Part shown: one piece after another, positions 21,810 to 31,614 of the stretch
Layout: each line of letters starts with the position of its first letter
Numbering within the stretch: the first letter of the stretch is position 1
NCBI GenBank assembly: GCA_964515925.1
Contig: CAZEYP010000007.1
Location: 1 to 62,971, forward strand
DNA: 62,971 nucleotides
Origin: an uncultured Nitrospirota bacterium
GTDB lineage: Bacteria > Nitrospirota > Thermodesulfovibrionia > Thermodesulfovibrionales > JdFR-85
Direction: 5' to 3'
Made by a program: the position numbers and the translations under genes
Notes under the pieces: model-generated
Seen by the model: the letters and a program-made list of their open reading frames with translations, nothing else
Told to the model about the DNA's origin: nothing
Databases searched by the model: none

Positions 21810-22286
21810 ATGATTAAAGAAAACACCATGGAGGCACGTATGATGAGGTTTGCAAGTTTTATAATTGTTCTATGTTTATTCTCTTTGGTTAGCTGTTCTG
21901 CAAAGTACACACCCAGGTTAGTTCAACACATCAGGGGAAGCAGTTTTAGTGCAACAGAGCATGGCTATTATACAACCGAGCTTGTTATGAAGCCAAGACA
22001 TCCTCATGTGGGTGCAAACAGTGCACACCTGATAATCCACAACTATGATGGTATTGACATGCCAGGGTTAAGGATTTACATTGAGCCCTATCTGCCCTCT
22101 AAAGATATCACCTCACCTGAGAAGCCACATGTTAAGGACGCAGGCAGGGGGCTTTATATTATTGACAACATAGTTTTCCCTGAGCCAGGTGATTGGGTAT
22201 TGAGGCTTAAGATATTTGGAGAGGAGCTTTCAGATCGTGTAACCTTAAAGATTCCAACGGTATCGAATATGTCCATGATGAAATGA
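21810..22286 (+). CDS. YtkA/FixH-like lipoprotein
   Basis: Lipobox LVSC; DAGRGLY...FPEPGDWVL pattern. Confidence 0.6.
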   Translation: MIKENTMEARMMRFASFIIVLCLFSLVSCSAKYTPRLVQHIRGSSFSATEHGYYTTELVMKPRHPHVGANSAHLIIHNYDGIDMPGLRIYIEPYLPSKDITSPEKPHVKDAGRGLYIIDNIVFPEPGDWVLRLKIFGEELSDRVTLKIPTVSNMSMMK

Positions 22287-22290
22287 TAAT

Positions 22291-22626
22291 TTATTTGAAT
22301 TGAGTGAACCTCCCCGACCTTTGGTCGGGGAGGTTCACTGTGTATTTGCCAGGTGGAAGGTTTTTCTTTAACTTAGTCTCCATGATGGTATCATCTTCCC
22401 TGAAAATGGTCCTGCCTGATACCTTTTTTCCTCTTTCATTATAGACCTCGATTTTTGAAAAGGCTGGCTCTACCGAACCAACAAAGGTTATTGTTACCCT
22501 GTCAGGAGGTGTTGTTAATGATGAGCCTGGTTCAGGACTGTACTGAAGGGTATAAATATGTGCCCTGGCTTTTACGGAAATCAGTATCAACAGAAATAAG
22601 AAAATTATTGTAATTGACCTTTTCAT
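22291..22626 (-). pseudogene. copC: CopC copper-resistance protein, C-terminus lost at a palindrome
   Basis: Signal peptide and mature N-terminal His (ARA-H), P.PG...PD.V.I.F; the sequence after PPGKYT is palindrome-derived and lacks the usual C-terminal DGH strand. Confidence 0.8.
22303..22339. repeat. 37-bp palindrome, copy 1 (IS200/IS605 right-end-like hairpin)
   Basis: AGTGAACCTCCCCGACC-TTT-GGTCGGGGAGGTTCACT; exact reverse complement of 30155-30191. Confidence 0.95.
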
Positions 22627-22684
22627 GTTACCTACTCCTTAATACTTAATTTTAGCACAAAAATATAAAAGTTAGAATATGCTA

Positions 22685-25471
22685 TCAGTGTATATGCCTT
22701 CCGTTCATTGGTAGCCCAATCATATAAAATGTGACAGTTACTGTTATTACTGCATATATAACCATAGTTAACGCTATTTTAGCCATGCTGTAAAAAGTTA
22801 TATTAAGTCGCTTGAGTGTTCTGTAAAGCAGGTATAAGGCAAAAATAAAGCCTGATACAATACTTAACATCTGAAGAGTAAATGCAAGCTTACTTCCTAT
22901 GATTGGCATTGGGTTCCAGTTTATACTGTAGGAACTGAAAAGCCCGACTTTTCTAAGTAGCCTTATCGTTGCAGGAACTGCAACAGGAGCCTCAACAAAG
23001 AGATGATTCATGTTATGAGCTAAATGTAATCCAATCCCAAGGGGTATAAAGGGAAAGGCAAGCTCCTTTATGAGCAGCTTTGCACTAATCTCTTCTTTGA
23101 CGATCCATCTTGAAAGTCCATAGCAGAAGATAATAAATAGAAGAGCTGGCAATGTAATAATTATTATGTATGTAATGCTGAATATGGTTGTGCCTGATGT
23201 GTAGATTCCAAGAAGACCAGCAAGGTATTTCTTTATTTGAGGAAATGCAGAGGTCATTGAAAGTGTTTCAAATAAAACTATGCCGAATAATATGAGCGAT
23301 GCCATAGCTTCGATCGATGATCTTCTCATACCATTGATAATATCCCTGCCAAATCCTCTGTATTTGATGCTCAGGTTGTTGCCTGGACAGGAATGAAGAC
23401 ATTTCATGCAAAAATTACAGTATAAATTGCTGTCTAAGTTGTAGGGGTCTTCAAGCATAGGGCAGGTTGATGAGCAGGTTTTGCTCCTGTGATTAGTGCA
23501 TTTAATTTTACTGTTTGAGGTGATCTTGAATGGTGAAATAAGGGAGTAAAGTCCTATAACAGCACCTATAGGACAGATATATCTGCAGAAGGTTCTCCTC
23601 TGGAATATTATGCTTACCATGACAGAAGCAACAAGTATCCCTATTATTAAAAGCGATGTTGCAAAGGGCTTCTGATAGAGTGAATAATGGGCATAGGCAA
23701 AGGTGAGGGCTACAAAAGCAATTATCTGAAAGCCCATGTTTTGCAGCCACTGTGGAAGTCTTTTCTTTAATGATATAAACCTTTGTGCAATATCTCCTAT
23801 AAAGGCAAAGGGACACATCATGCACCAGAGTCTTCCAAACAGGATAAAACTGAAGATTATCAAACTCCACCATAATGTCCATGTATAGACAGTTGCAATG
23901 TTCTGTCTTCCATCCTGTGTATCAAGAGCTCCTGCAAAAATAATTACAATGAAAATCAGAAGAACCGGTATTGTAAAAATACTTCTGTAGTACTTTGAAC
24001 TGACCAACCCTTTCAATGCTTGGTATCTGAAAAGGTCAACATCCTTTGTTTTCCGAGATGTATCAATTCGAGTGTCCTTTGTTTTTATAAAAAGAAAGGC
24101 CATTCCCAGAAGCCCTATAAATATTGTTGAAATATTAATGTAGTTAACCAGCAATGCACGATTGCTAATACCTGAAGTTATATGTCCAGCATAATGGTAA
24201 TGGGTTTCATTGCGTGATGGATCAAGTCCTGATACATAAGTTGTAAATGAGGGCTCTGCTTTATTGCCAAAGATATCTGTTTGTGGTGGTGTGCCAATTC
24301 TTAGAGTGGTTTCATTACTTGCCCAGACATCTGCATGTTCTTTGTTGTTTTTAGAATGGGCGTGATTTTTATGCGCTGGATCCATAGTGAATATCCCGTA
24401 ATGCTCAAGTGTATTCCCTACCACAACAAGCATGTTGTATGCCCTTCCTTTGATAAATTCTATATCCTCTCTGTCACCGGTATTAAGCGGAAATGCAAAT
24501 TCATAGGTGTATAGATTATCCTGTCTTGATGAAGCAGCAATGATATTATCCATCCTGTCTCTCTTAAGAAAGAAAGTTCCGTTCTGTCTCTGTATGAAGT
24601 GTCTATCGGTAATCTCACCATTTGACTTCAACACCTTCGCATCCTTGTATGACCAGAGCATCCCCAGATTCGGATCGTCTTTGAACAGAAGACCTATCCA
24701 GTAGGGAGTATCAGTTTTTACTGCAAAGTATATGTTGCCATTGGATATTTGTGACCATATCTCTACATGGTAAAAGGGCTTTTTATGGGGTTGATTTTGC
24801 TTGTGAGGACTGAACTCTCCAATATAGAAGTACCTGTGTCCCGTATTTTTCCATTCATCTTCAGAGATAATGCCATCGATTTTGATGGTATTGCCTGTAT
24901 TTCTTGCTATAAAGTTTGTGTCGTCAGAAATGTATGGACCGTATTTCAGTTGTTCTACCTCATGTATATCTTCAGGATTATACCTTGCCAGTAACTGTCC
25001 AGGTGCCGCTCCACAACCGTTTGCTATGAAGAGTTCACCTGTCAGGGCATCCACATCAAGTATCAGGTGATCAACGATAAAGTTGACAGGACCTAAGTGA
25101 TACTTACCATTGTACCCAGAAAGTTGATCAATTGATTCATATTGATATATAAGCCTTCCGTGGACAAGTTCCAGTTTGCGAAATTTGAACCCCCTCTTAA
25201 GATAAGGCACCTTCTCTCTGACAAATTTATTTACTATTGCTTCAGCCCTGGCAGGAGATATTTTTACCTTTGAACGATTAAAAAGGAGATTGCCATTGCG
25301 GTCAAAGTACATATGGCCCCTTGAGGTGGAGATTTTTTTGAATGCAGATTCTGATGGTTTATCATCAAGTATTACATTGACCCCTCCACAGGCAATTGCC
25401 AGTGAATACAAAAGAAGCAGAAAAACAATTGCAAGGTTTGATAAAAGAAGATATTTTTTCCTTAATATCAT
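22685..25471 (-). CDS. 928-aa exported/membrane protein: soluble N-terminal domains (DOMON-like) fused to a NapH/MauN-type 4Fe-4S polyferredoxin membrane domain
   Basis: IDGIISEDEW; WCMMCP, FCRYICPIG and CNFCMKCLHSCP motifs; many TM segments. Confidence 0.75.
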   Translation of the reverse strand: MILRKKYLLLSNLAIVFLLLLYSLAIACGGVNVILDDKPSESAFKKISTSRGHMYFDRNGNLLFNRSKVKISPARAEAIVNKFVREKVPYLKRGFKFRKLELVHGRLIYQYESIDQLSGYNGKYHLGPVNFIVDHLILDVDALTGELFIANGCGAAPGQLLARYNPEDIHEVEQLKYGPYISDDTNFIARNTGNTIKIDGIISEDEWKNTGHRYFYIGEFSPHKQNQPHKKPFYHVEIWSQISNGNIYFAVKTDTPYWIGLLFKDDPNLGMLWSYKDAKVLKSNGEITDRHFIQRQNGTFFLKRDRMDNIIAASSRQDNLYTYEFAFPLNTGDREDIEFIKGRAYNMLVVVGNTLEHYGIFTMDPAHKNHAHSKNNKEHADVWASNETTLRIGTPPQTDIFGNKAEPSFTTYVSGLDPSRNETHYHYAGHITSGISNRALLVNYINISTIFIGLLGMAFLFIKTKDTRIDTSRKTKDVDLFRYQALKGLVSSKYYRSIFTIPVLLIFIVIIFAGALDTQDGRQNIATVYTWTLWWSLIIFSFILFGRLWCMMCPFAFIGDIAQRFISLKKRLPQWLQNMGFQIIAFVALTFAYAHYSLYQKPFATSLLIIGILVASVMVSIIFQRRTFCRYICPIGAVIGLYSLISPFKITSNSKIKCTNHRSKTCSSTCPMLEDPYNLDSNLYCNFCMKCLHSCPGNNLSIKYRGFGRDIINGMRRSSIEAMASLILFGIVLFETLSMTSAFPQIKKYLAGLLGIYTSGTTIFSITYIIIITLPALLFIIFCYGLSRWIVKEEISAKLLIKELAFPFIPLGIGLHLAHNMNHLFVEAPVAVPATIRLLRKVGLFSSYSINWNPMPIIGSKLAFTLQMLSIVSGFIFALYLLYRTLKRLNITFYSMAKIALTMVIYAVITVTVTFYMIGLPMNGRHIH

Positions 25472-25506
25472 TGATAAAATACCTCAGCAAAGTTATTAAC
25501 TGTTTT

Positions 25507-25588
25507 AGCCTAACTTATAATTATGAAAAAATTATGAAGAAGTTATGTTTATCCTCTTCACATTTTTTTCACATTTGGACATTACAAT
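25507..25588. promoter_or_regulatory. Divergent pair of TTCAYA-N5-TTCAYA-N9-(-10) promoters
   Basis: Minus strand: boxes 25533-25538 and 25522-25527 with TAGGCT. Plus strand: TTCACA 25557 and 25568 with TACAAT 25583-25588. Confidence 0.7.
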
Positions 25589-25589
25589 T

Positions 25590-26330
25590 ATGGAAATGGT
25601 AGAAATATCCTATCCATTAGCCTTTATGGCTGGCATCGTATCTTTTATTTCTCCCTGTGTCCTTCCTCTTATTCCATCTTATCTCTCTTATATAACGGGT
25701 ATATCCTTTGAGGAACTGACAAATAAAGCCAGCATAAATAAGGTCTGATACCTGAGTCTTGCTCATGCAATCTTTTTTGTAACTGGTTTTTCTATTGTAT
25801 TTATATCGTTAGGAGCTTCTTCATCAGTAATTGGTAAGGTCTTAAATAATTATCAGGATGCGATAAGGATTTCTGGTGGAATAATGATAATTATCTTCGG
25901 ACTGTTTATTGCAGATGTAATCAAGATAGATTTCCTGCTCAGAGAGAGAAGGCTTAACTTTGCAGAAAAACCTGCGGGGTATTTAGGAACTTCCCTGGTA
26001 GGAATGGGCTTTGCTGCAGGCTGGACTCCCTGCATTGGTCCGATTCTCGGCAGCATTCTGATGTATGCTGGTGCACATGGCTCTGTATCCTATGGTGTTA
26101 AACTACTTGGTGTATATTCGTTTGGTCTTTCCTTACCATTTATAATATCGGCCGTTGGATTTAACTTCTTTTTAAGTTATTCCAGAAAAATTTTAAGACA
26201 CATGAAGACCATCAAGATTATTTCAGGAATTTTTCTTATTATTTTTGGTATCCTTCTGTTTTCTAATATGATTAGCGAACTTTCTGGTCTTTTCCCTGAT
26301 TTCGGTCTTGATCTTCCTCTTCCAAAATAA
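25590..26330 (+). pseudogene. ccdA: Cytochrome c biogenesis protein CcdA with an in-frame TGA
   Basis: SFISPCVLPLIPSYLS and FAAGWTPCIGPILG motifs lie in one frame across TGA 25746-25748 (NKV*YLS). Confidence 0.88.
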
Positions 26331-26338
26331 ATTTAAGT

Positions 26339-26381
26339 TTCATAATGCTTTCATATTTTCTTCATATTTTATTTTTAGAAT
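26339..26381 (+). promoter_or_regulatory. Three TTCATA boxes at 11-bp spacing plus a TAGAAT -10 element
   Basis: Boxes at 26339, 26350 and 26361; TAGAAT at 26376-26381. Confidence 0.75.
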
Positions 26382-26389
26382 ACCCCTGA

Positions 26390-26887
26390 ATGATGAGGTA
26401 CAAAAAGCACATTGGTTTTTTAGTCTTGTTGGCAGTATTTCTTACCTTTAATGGCAAGGGTGTACAGGCAAAGGAGGTTACATTAATGGATGTGGAAAGG
26501 GTTACTGACCTGCTTATGAGCCCGGGGTGTAATTATATGTACACACTGACCAACTGTCCATCGGCTGAGGCAGAGCAGATGAGAGAAATCGTAAGAGATA
26601 AACTGTGAAACGGTGAGTCCACCGAGGCCATACTGAATTACTTTGAAGAGATTTATGGCCCCAGGATGCTGGCACAGCCAAAGAAAAAAGGCTTTTATTT
26701 CATTGCCTGGTGGTTTCCCTATTTTTTGATATTTGATGTATTCCTCCTGATAGGTCTGATTTTATATATCTGGCAAAAAAGGGGTAAAAGTGATAGTACA
26801 ACTTCAGAGCGGTCTGAACCTGACGACAGGGATGAGGCTGAAATAGAGGCGCTCCTTGAAGAGGAGCTGAGGATGTTTAAGGGATGA
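26390..26887 (+). pseudogene. ccmH: CcmH/NrfF-like protein with an in-frame TGA
   Basis: LMSPGC...NCPSAEAEQMR; frame continues over TGA 26606-26608 (DKL*NGESTEAILNYFEEIYGPRMLAQP). Confidence 0.75.
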
Positions 26888-27448
26888 AGAACTTTCTGAG
26901 AAGCCTATTTATTATCCCTTTTTTCATACTGGTGGTTGCACTATTAACCGGAGTATTTTCAGGTAAAGAAAAAACAGCTAAAAAACACCCCCGCCCAACA
27001 ATAGGTGAGAAGGCAAGAGACTTTGCCTATCCAGACCTGAATGGAAAAAGTAAGGCTTTCGGATTACTTTGGCAAGAAAGTGATATTTTTGAATATCTGG
27101 GCAACCTGGTGTACTTCCTGTAAAAAGGAGTTACCAACCGTGCAGAGGATGTACGAGAAACTAAAAGGCGACGACCTTGTGGTTCTTGCAGTAAGCATAG
27201 ATGCACTTGGCAAGAAGGCTGTTGAGCCCTTCATGAAGAAATACGGCTCAGATTTTCCTGTTTTGCTCGACACCACAGGCTCGATTCAGCTTCTCTATGG
27301 AACCACTGGTGTGTCTGAGACCTTCATTATAGACAAAAGCGGAAAGATTGCCTATGTGGAGATTGGCGCAGGAGACTGGACCGACCCAGAAAAAGAGGCA
27401 CTGCATAGTGATTCCCTACAGGACAATGGTTATTTCACCTCAGGATGA
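26884..27448 (+). pseudogene. TlpA/ResA thiol-disulfide oxidoreductase, frameshifted
   Basis: TM anchor and ARDFAYPDLNG in one frame, NIWATWCTSC in the next; shift at A-run 27045-27049; C-terminus appears to run into the next gene near 27395. Confidence 0.8.
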
Positions 27449-28146
27449 GCATACATTACAGGTATTCGAGGTGATAATTGTAAAGAATACGGGGAAGACC
27501 ACATTTGTTGGGAGATTTAATGATGAACTTGATACCGAGCAGGTGCTGTTCGTACCTCTTCCCATGGGCTACAGGTTGAGCCAGGTTATGGGTTTAAATA
27601 CCAGAAAGATACTCACATTCAATGGTGGTATTGTTACACAGGATGTTGTAACACCAGGAGAAAGGGAGATTGTTATTGGATATCTACTAAAAAGCGATAC
27701 AGGTTTTTTGACCTAACGCTTCACCCTGCAGACAACAGCCCTTATCCAGAAAGATTTAACCTCCTTGTCAGAGACGACAGCAGGTGGAAACTAAAGGTTT
27801 CGGGTCTTGAAGAGTCGGGAAAAACAAATTTTTACGGAAAACAGTTCAGGGTATGGACCGGAATGCCAGGGCCTGGACTGAGGGCAGCTCTTTACAGCCC
27901 TGCTTACAAAAGTGCATATAGCAGCTGGTTTCTTGTGTTAATTTCAGGTGTCCTGGTTACCACAGTTATTCTTTTTGCTGGTAGAAAAAGGATCATGGCC
28001 TACTATCAAAAAAGGGAAAAAGAGGAACTGGAAGAGGTTCTTTCTTATCTTGAAGCCAATTCCCCAGAGGGTTCAACGGATACAGAACTTTTGCAGAGCT
28101 TTTAAAGAAAAGGCTAACAGCTCTATCAGAAAGGACAGAGCAATAG
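27395..28146 (+). pseudogene. 5'-truncated, frameshifted ccm-associated membrane protein
   Basis: No start or signal; frame shifts at T-run 27704-27709 and possibly at G-run near 28069; the alternate-frame tail ends with TAG immediately before the ccmA ATG. Confidence 0.5.
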
Positions 28147-28821
28147 ATGCTGTACATGAAGGATGTATCAAAGACCTATGGGCTGAGACCTGTATTAAAT
28201 GGGATAAATATAAACATTAATAAGGCAGAGGTCTTTGTGCTTTTTGGTCACAATGGCGCTGGAAAGACCACCATGCTCAAAATAGCCGCTGGTATTATGT
28301 CACCTACCAGTGGAAAGGTGGTCTATGAAGACGATACATTAAGAAAGGGTGGTATCTTCTACCTCGGCCACAAAAACAGCCTCTATACTGAACTGACCGT
28401 GTTGGAGAATATAAGATTTTTCCTCAGCTTAAGAAACGTTGCAGGTGCCGCTGTAAGAGACACTCTTTCAGAGTTTGGTCTCTGGCAGAGAAGAAACGCC
28501 CCCGTGAAGTCGCTCTCACAGGGAATGAAGAGGAGGCTTGCCCTCATGAAGGCAATATTAAGTGGTGCCAGGTTGATTGTGCTTGACGAGCCCTTCTCGG
28601 GGCTTGACCTCAGATGGAAGGATACGGTGTTGGAGTGGCTGCTTGCTCTTAGTGCAGAGGGGCGTTCACTGCTTGTTGCAACTCATCTGGTTCAAGAGGG
28701 CTGTCAGATTGCAGACAGGGTGGGGCTACTTGAAAGGGGGGAACTGACGGTGATGCACGAAAAGTCACAGATTGATGATGCCCTTATACAGGAGAGGTTA
28801 AAGCATGAGGTTTGTAAGTAA
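28147..28821 (+). CDS. ccmA: Heme exporter ATP-binding subunit CcmA
   Basis: GHNGAGKTT Walker A, LSQGMKRR and LDEPFSGLD; context. Confidence 0.85.
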   Translation: MLYMKDVSKTYGLRPVLNGINININKAEVFVLFGHNGAGKTTMLKIAAGIMSPTSGKVVYEDDTLRKGGIFYLGHKNSLYTELTVLENIRFFLSLRNVAGAAVRDTLSEFGLWQRRNAPVKSLSQGMKRRLALMKAILSGARLIVLDEPFSGLDLRWKDTVLEWLLALSAEGRSLLVATHLVQEGCQIADRVGLLERGELTVMHEKSQIDDALIQERLKHEVCK

Positions 28822-29486
28822 CACGATTTCCATTGTAAGAAATGACATACTTCTTGAGCTAAGGGCAAAAGAGGCCCTGAGCATAATGGTCTTTCTTTCT
28901 CTTTTACTGCTTGTTGTGTTCAACCTTGCCGTTGACATAGACAGAGAAAATGTTTCCTCCCTTGCATCAGGTATCCTCTGGGTGGTATTTGCCTTCTCAG
29001 GTGTGCTGGGCATGGGTAAGACATCACTTTCTGAACGTGAAGACAGTGCCTATCTGAATGTGTTTTTCTCAGCCGTTTCAATGGAGACCTTTTACATTGC
29101 AAAGGTTATTAGCAACCTGATATTTCTGCTCCTGATGGAGTTTTTTACCATGGTATCATTTGTGGTGCTTTTCAATTACGAGCCCCTGGTAGGGAAATTG
29201 CCATCTCTTGTGCTTCCCATTGTGCTTGGAAGTATTGGGTTTTCTGCGGTAGGCACCCTGTTTTCTTTCCTATCAACGGGTTCGAGGTTTGGCGAGATAA
29301 TACTCCCCTTTCTGTTTTTTACCTGTGGTGGTGCCGGTGATTATAGGAGGTGTGTCAGCAACTGACCTTATCCTGAATGATACAACAGTGGAGTCACCCA
29401 TTAAGTGGATAAAGCTACTTGTTGTGTTCGACCTGTTATATATGAGCATATCGCTAATGCTTTTCAGGTTTATTGTGGAGGAGTAA
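28805..29486 (+). pseudogene. ccmB: Heme exporter permease CcmB, +1 frameshift
   Basis: GILWV.FAFSG; removing one T from run 29315-29320 gives LPVVVPVIIG...FRFIVEE* ending at 29486. Confidence 0.88.
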
Positions 29487-29490
29487 TGGT

Positions 29491-30154
29491 ATGAAATCTA
29501 TTAAGCTAACGAGGGCACTGCTTGTAGTGCTGTTTTTTATGTTTCCACTCTGCTTCTATTTGATCTTTCAGGTGCTCCGACCGAGAGAATCATGGGCGAT
29601 GTGCAGCGGATATTTTATCTGCATGTTTCATTGGCAGTAAGCGCTTATCTTGGATTTGGTGTGCTGTTTTTTTCAAGCATACTATATCTGATTAAGAAGA
29701 GCCTTTACTGGGACAGCCTTGCAAGTTCAGCAGGTGAGGTGGGACTTCTGTTTTCTACCCTTGTTCTCATAACCGGCTCGTTATGGGCACGGCCTGTCTG
29801 GAATGTGTGGTGGACTTGGGACCCCAGGCTTGTTACCATGCTGATACTCTGGTTTATCTACATTGGCTATTTCATGATAAGAAAGGCGGTTACAGAGAAG
29901 ACCAGAAGGGCGAGGTATTCGGCAATTGTTGGAATTATCGGGTTTCTTGATGTCCCGGTGGTGAGGCTTGCCACCAGGTGGTGGAGGTCAATACACCCAC
30001 GACTGGACAGGGAATCAGGTGGCCTTGATCCACTGATGGTAAAGGTTATGATCTTCAGTCTTGTAACATTTTTGATATTTGCAGCGGTATTGATATTTGT
30101 GAGATTCAGGATTGCCTGGACTGAAGAGCGTTTGAACACAATAATCTCTCTATC
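29491..30154 (+). pseudogene. ccmC: Heme exporter CcmC, frameshifted near the 5' end; 3' end fused to a palindrome
   Basis: ATG 29491; shift near 29566-29568; QRIFYLHV, GSLWARPVWNVWWTWDPRL and WWRSIHP (WWD motif). Confidence 0.88.
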
Positions 30155-30191
30155 AGTGAACCTCCCCGACCAAAGGTCGGGGAGGTTCACT
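30155..30191. repeat. 37-bp palindrome, copy 2
   Basis: AGTGAACCTCCCCGACC-AAA-GGTCGGGGAGGTTCACT. Confidence 0.95.
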
Positions 30192-30503
30192 TTAGCAGGG
30201 TTTGGGCTTGCCTTTCTCCTTGGCATACCCTTTTCCATGTCATTCTGTCCATTCTGCGTGCCTGTGGTTCTTAGTATTCTGACAGTGGCTGCTGCCACTG
30301 GAAAACTATGGTACTCTGCCCTTCTTATGTTATTCTTCTCACTTGGCAGGGGGATTCCGCTTGTTATTGCAGGGGTATAGGTTGGTGCATTTAAAAAACT
30401 GCAAAGATTAAAAGCCTACCTCAAGTGGATTGAAAAGTTAGGAGGGGTAATACTTCTGCTAATGGGCCTTTATTATCTTTACGATGTGTTGACCCTCTAC
30501 TGA
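30192..30503 (+). pseudogene. 3' fragment of a second CcdA/DsbD-family gene with an internal TAG
   Basis: FCPFCVPVV, GRGIPL, then AGV*VGAFKK...WIEKLGGVILLLMGLYYL*; TAG at 30378-30380. Confidence 0.75.
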
Positions 30504-30562
30504 GAAGAAAGTAATATAATTTAAAATTACGATATGCTTTTCTGAACTGATAAATCAGCCTT

Positions 30563-31165
30563 TCAGCTTATTCCTTGCCCCGGTCCGCCGGTAGTGTTTG
30601 ACGACTTTGAAAGCTCCTTCTCAAAGACCTCATAGAGTCTGAGTTCCATCCTGAATGTCCTGAGTTTCAGGGTCTCATCCCAGTTGTAAATCTCTGGTGG
30701 GCCGTATTTTTTGTTTTTCAGCACATACCGCTCAAGATACTCCCTGTCAGGAAAAACTATTATATATTCCTTAACGCCAAACCTCTCATAAAGGGCCTTC
30801 TTTTCCCGACGGTCCTTCAGTTCCGTGGCAGGAGAGGTTATCTCTATTACAAGATCAGGGGCGCCCTGAATATTGTCTTCTGTGATCTTCTTCTTTGAGC
30901 AGACAACGAACAGATCAGGCTGAACCACATTGAACTCATCAAGCACCACATCCGTGGGGGCATAAAAGGGAATACAACTTTTTAAGGCATCCTTGTTGTT
31001 TACAAATACCTCGGTTAGTCTCCACAAAATCCTCTGGTGTCTGGTCTTAGGTGCAGGTGACATAGAGTAGGCCTGCCCATCAATCAACTCCCACCTCTCA
31101 TCATCAGGCCATCTGAGGTAGTCCTGGTAGGTGAACCGCCTCTGTTTCTTAAGTGCAAGTGGTAT
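30563..31165 (-). CDS. Uma2/DUF820 endonuclease-fold protein, copy 1 (start codon position reads ATA; possibly inactive)
   Basis: WELIDG...MSPAP, VVQPDL, PDLVIEITSP; ATA at 31163-31165 aligns with the ATG of copy 2. Confidence 0.8.
   Translation of the reverse strand: MPLALKKQRRFTYQDYLRWPDDERWELIDGQAYSMSPAPKTRHQRILWRLTEVFVNNKDALKSCIPFYAPTDVVLDEFNVVQPDLFVVCSKKKITEDNIQGAPDLVIEITSPATELKDRREKKALYERFGVKEYIIVFPDREYLERYVLKNKKYGPPEIYNWDETLKLRTFRMELRLYEVFEKELSKSSNTTGGPGQGIS
30614..31158. repeat. 545-bp direct repeat, copy 1 (Uma2 coding sequence)
   Basis: Appears identical by eye to 34683-35227 (offset 4069). Confidence 0.92.
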
Positions 31166-31213
31166 AGTTAATTATAAAGGTTCCTTTCTGGATTTAACAT
31201 GGGTTGTTTTGAA

Positions 31214-31264
31214 TTGACAAATGATATTTTAAACGATATAATATGAGTAATTACTCATATGAGT
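31214..31264 (+). promoter_or_regulatory. Consensus sigma-70 promoter with an overlapping palindromic operator
   Basis: TTGACA(31214)-17-TATAAT(31237); perfect palindrome ATATGAGTAATTACTCATAT at 31241-31260 and overlapping ACTCATATGAGT at 31253-31264. Confidence 0.85.
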
Positions 31265-31278
31265 TAAGGCTAATATGT

Positions 31279-31611
31279 ATGAATCAGTGGATTGAAGACA
31301 CGGCAAGACTTTTAAAGGTACTTGGAGAGCCCAACCGACTTGGCATCCTGTTTGCCATTGGTAAGGAGTCAAGGTCGGTTACAGAGATAATCCGCATCAC
31401 AGGGCTTTCGCAGACCCTTGTGTCTTTTCATCTCAGGGCATTGAGGCGAGCAGATATCGTAAGAACAAGACGGGATGGGCCTTTTATTTACTATAGCCTG
31501 AAAAACCCACATCTTATAGACATACTTATGGAAATCTCAGAGTTAATAGGAAAGACAATGCCCGTAGAGACTGTTTCGCCAGAGATGGTAAATAGTATAA
31601 AGAGGAGGTAG
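31279..31611 (+). CDS. ArsR/SmtB-family repressor
   Basis: LKVLGEPNRLGIL, SQTLVSFHLRAL and RRDG.FIYYSL; ATG 31279 preferred because ATG 31243 precedes the predicted start site. Confidence 0.9.
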   Translation: MNQWIEDTARLLKVLGEPNRLGILFAIGKESRSVTEIIRITGLSQTLVSFHLRALRRADIVRTRRDGPFIYYSLKNPHLIDILMEISELIGKTMPVETVSPEMVNSIKRR

Positions 31612-31614
31612 CCA

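Noticed and set aside
25746-26608. TGA codons in ccdA and ccmH as selenocysteine
   Set aside because: They are not at Cys or catalytic positions (NKV*YLS, DKL*NGES), are each one transition from CGA (Arg), and lie among many other lesions.
22340-30154. Invertible segment between the two 37-bp palindromes
   Set aside because: Inverting it restores neither copC nor the ccdA fragment, and no invertase is nearby.
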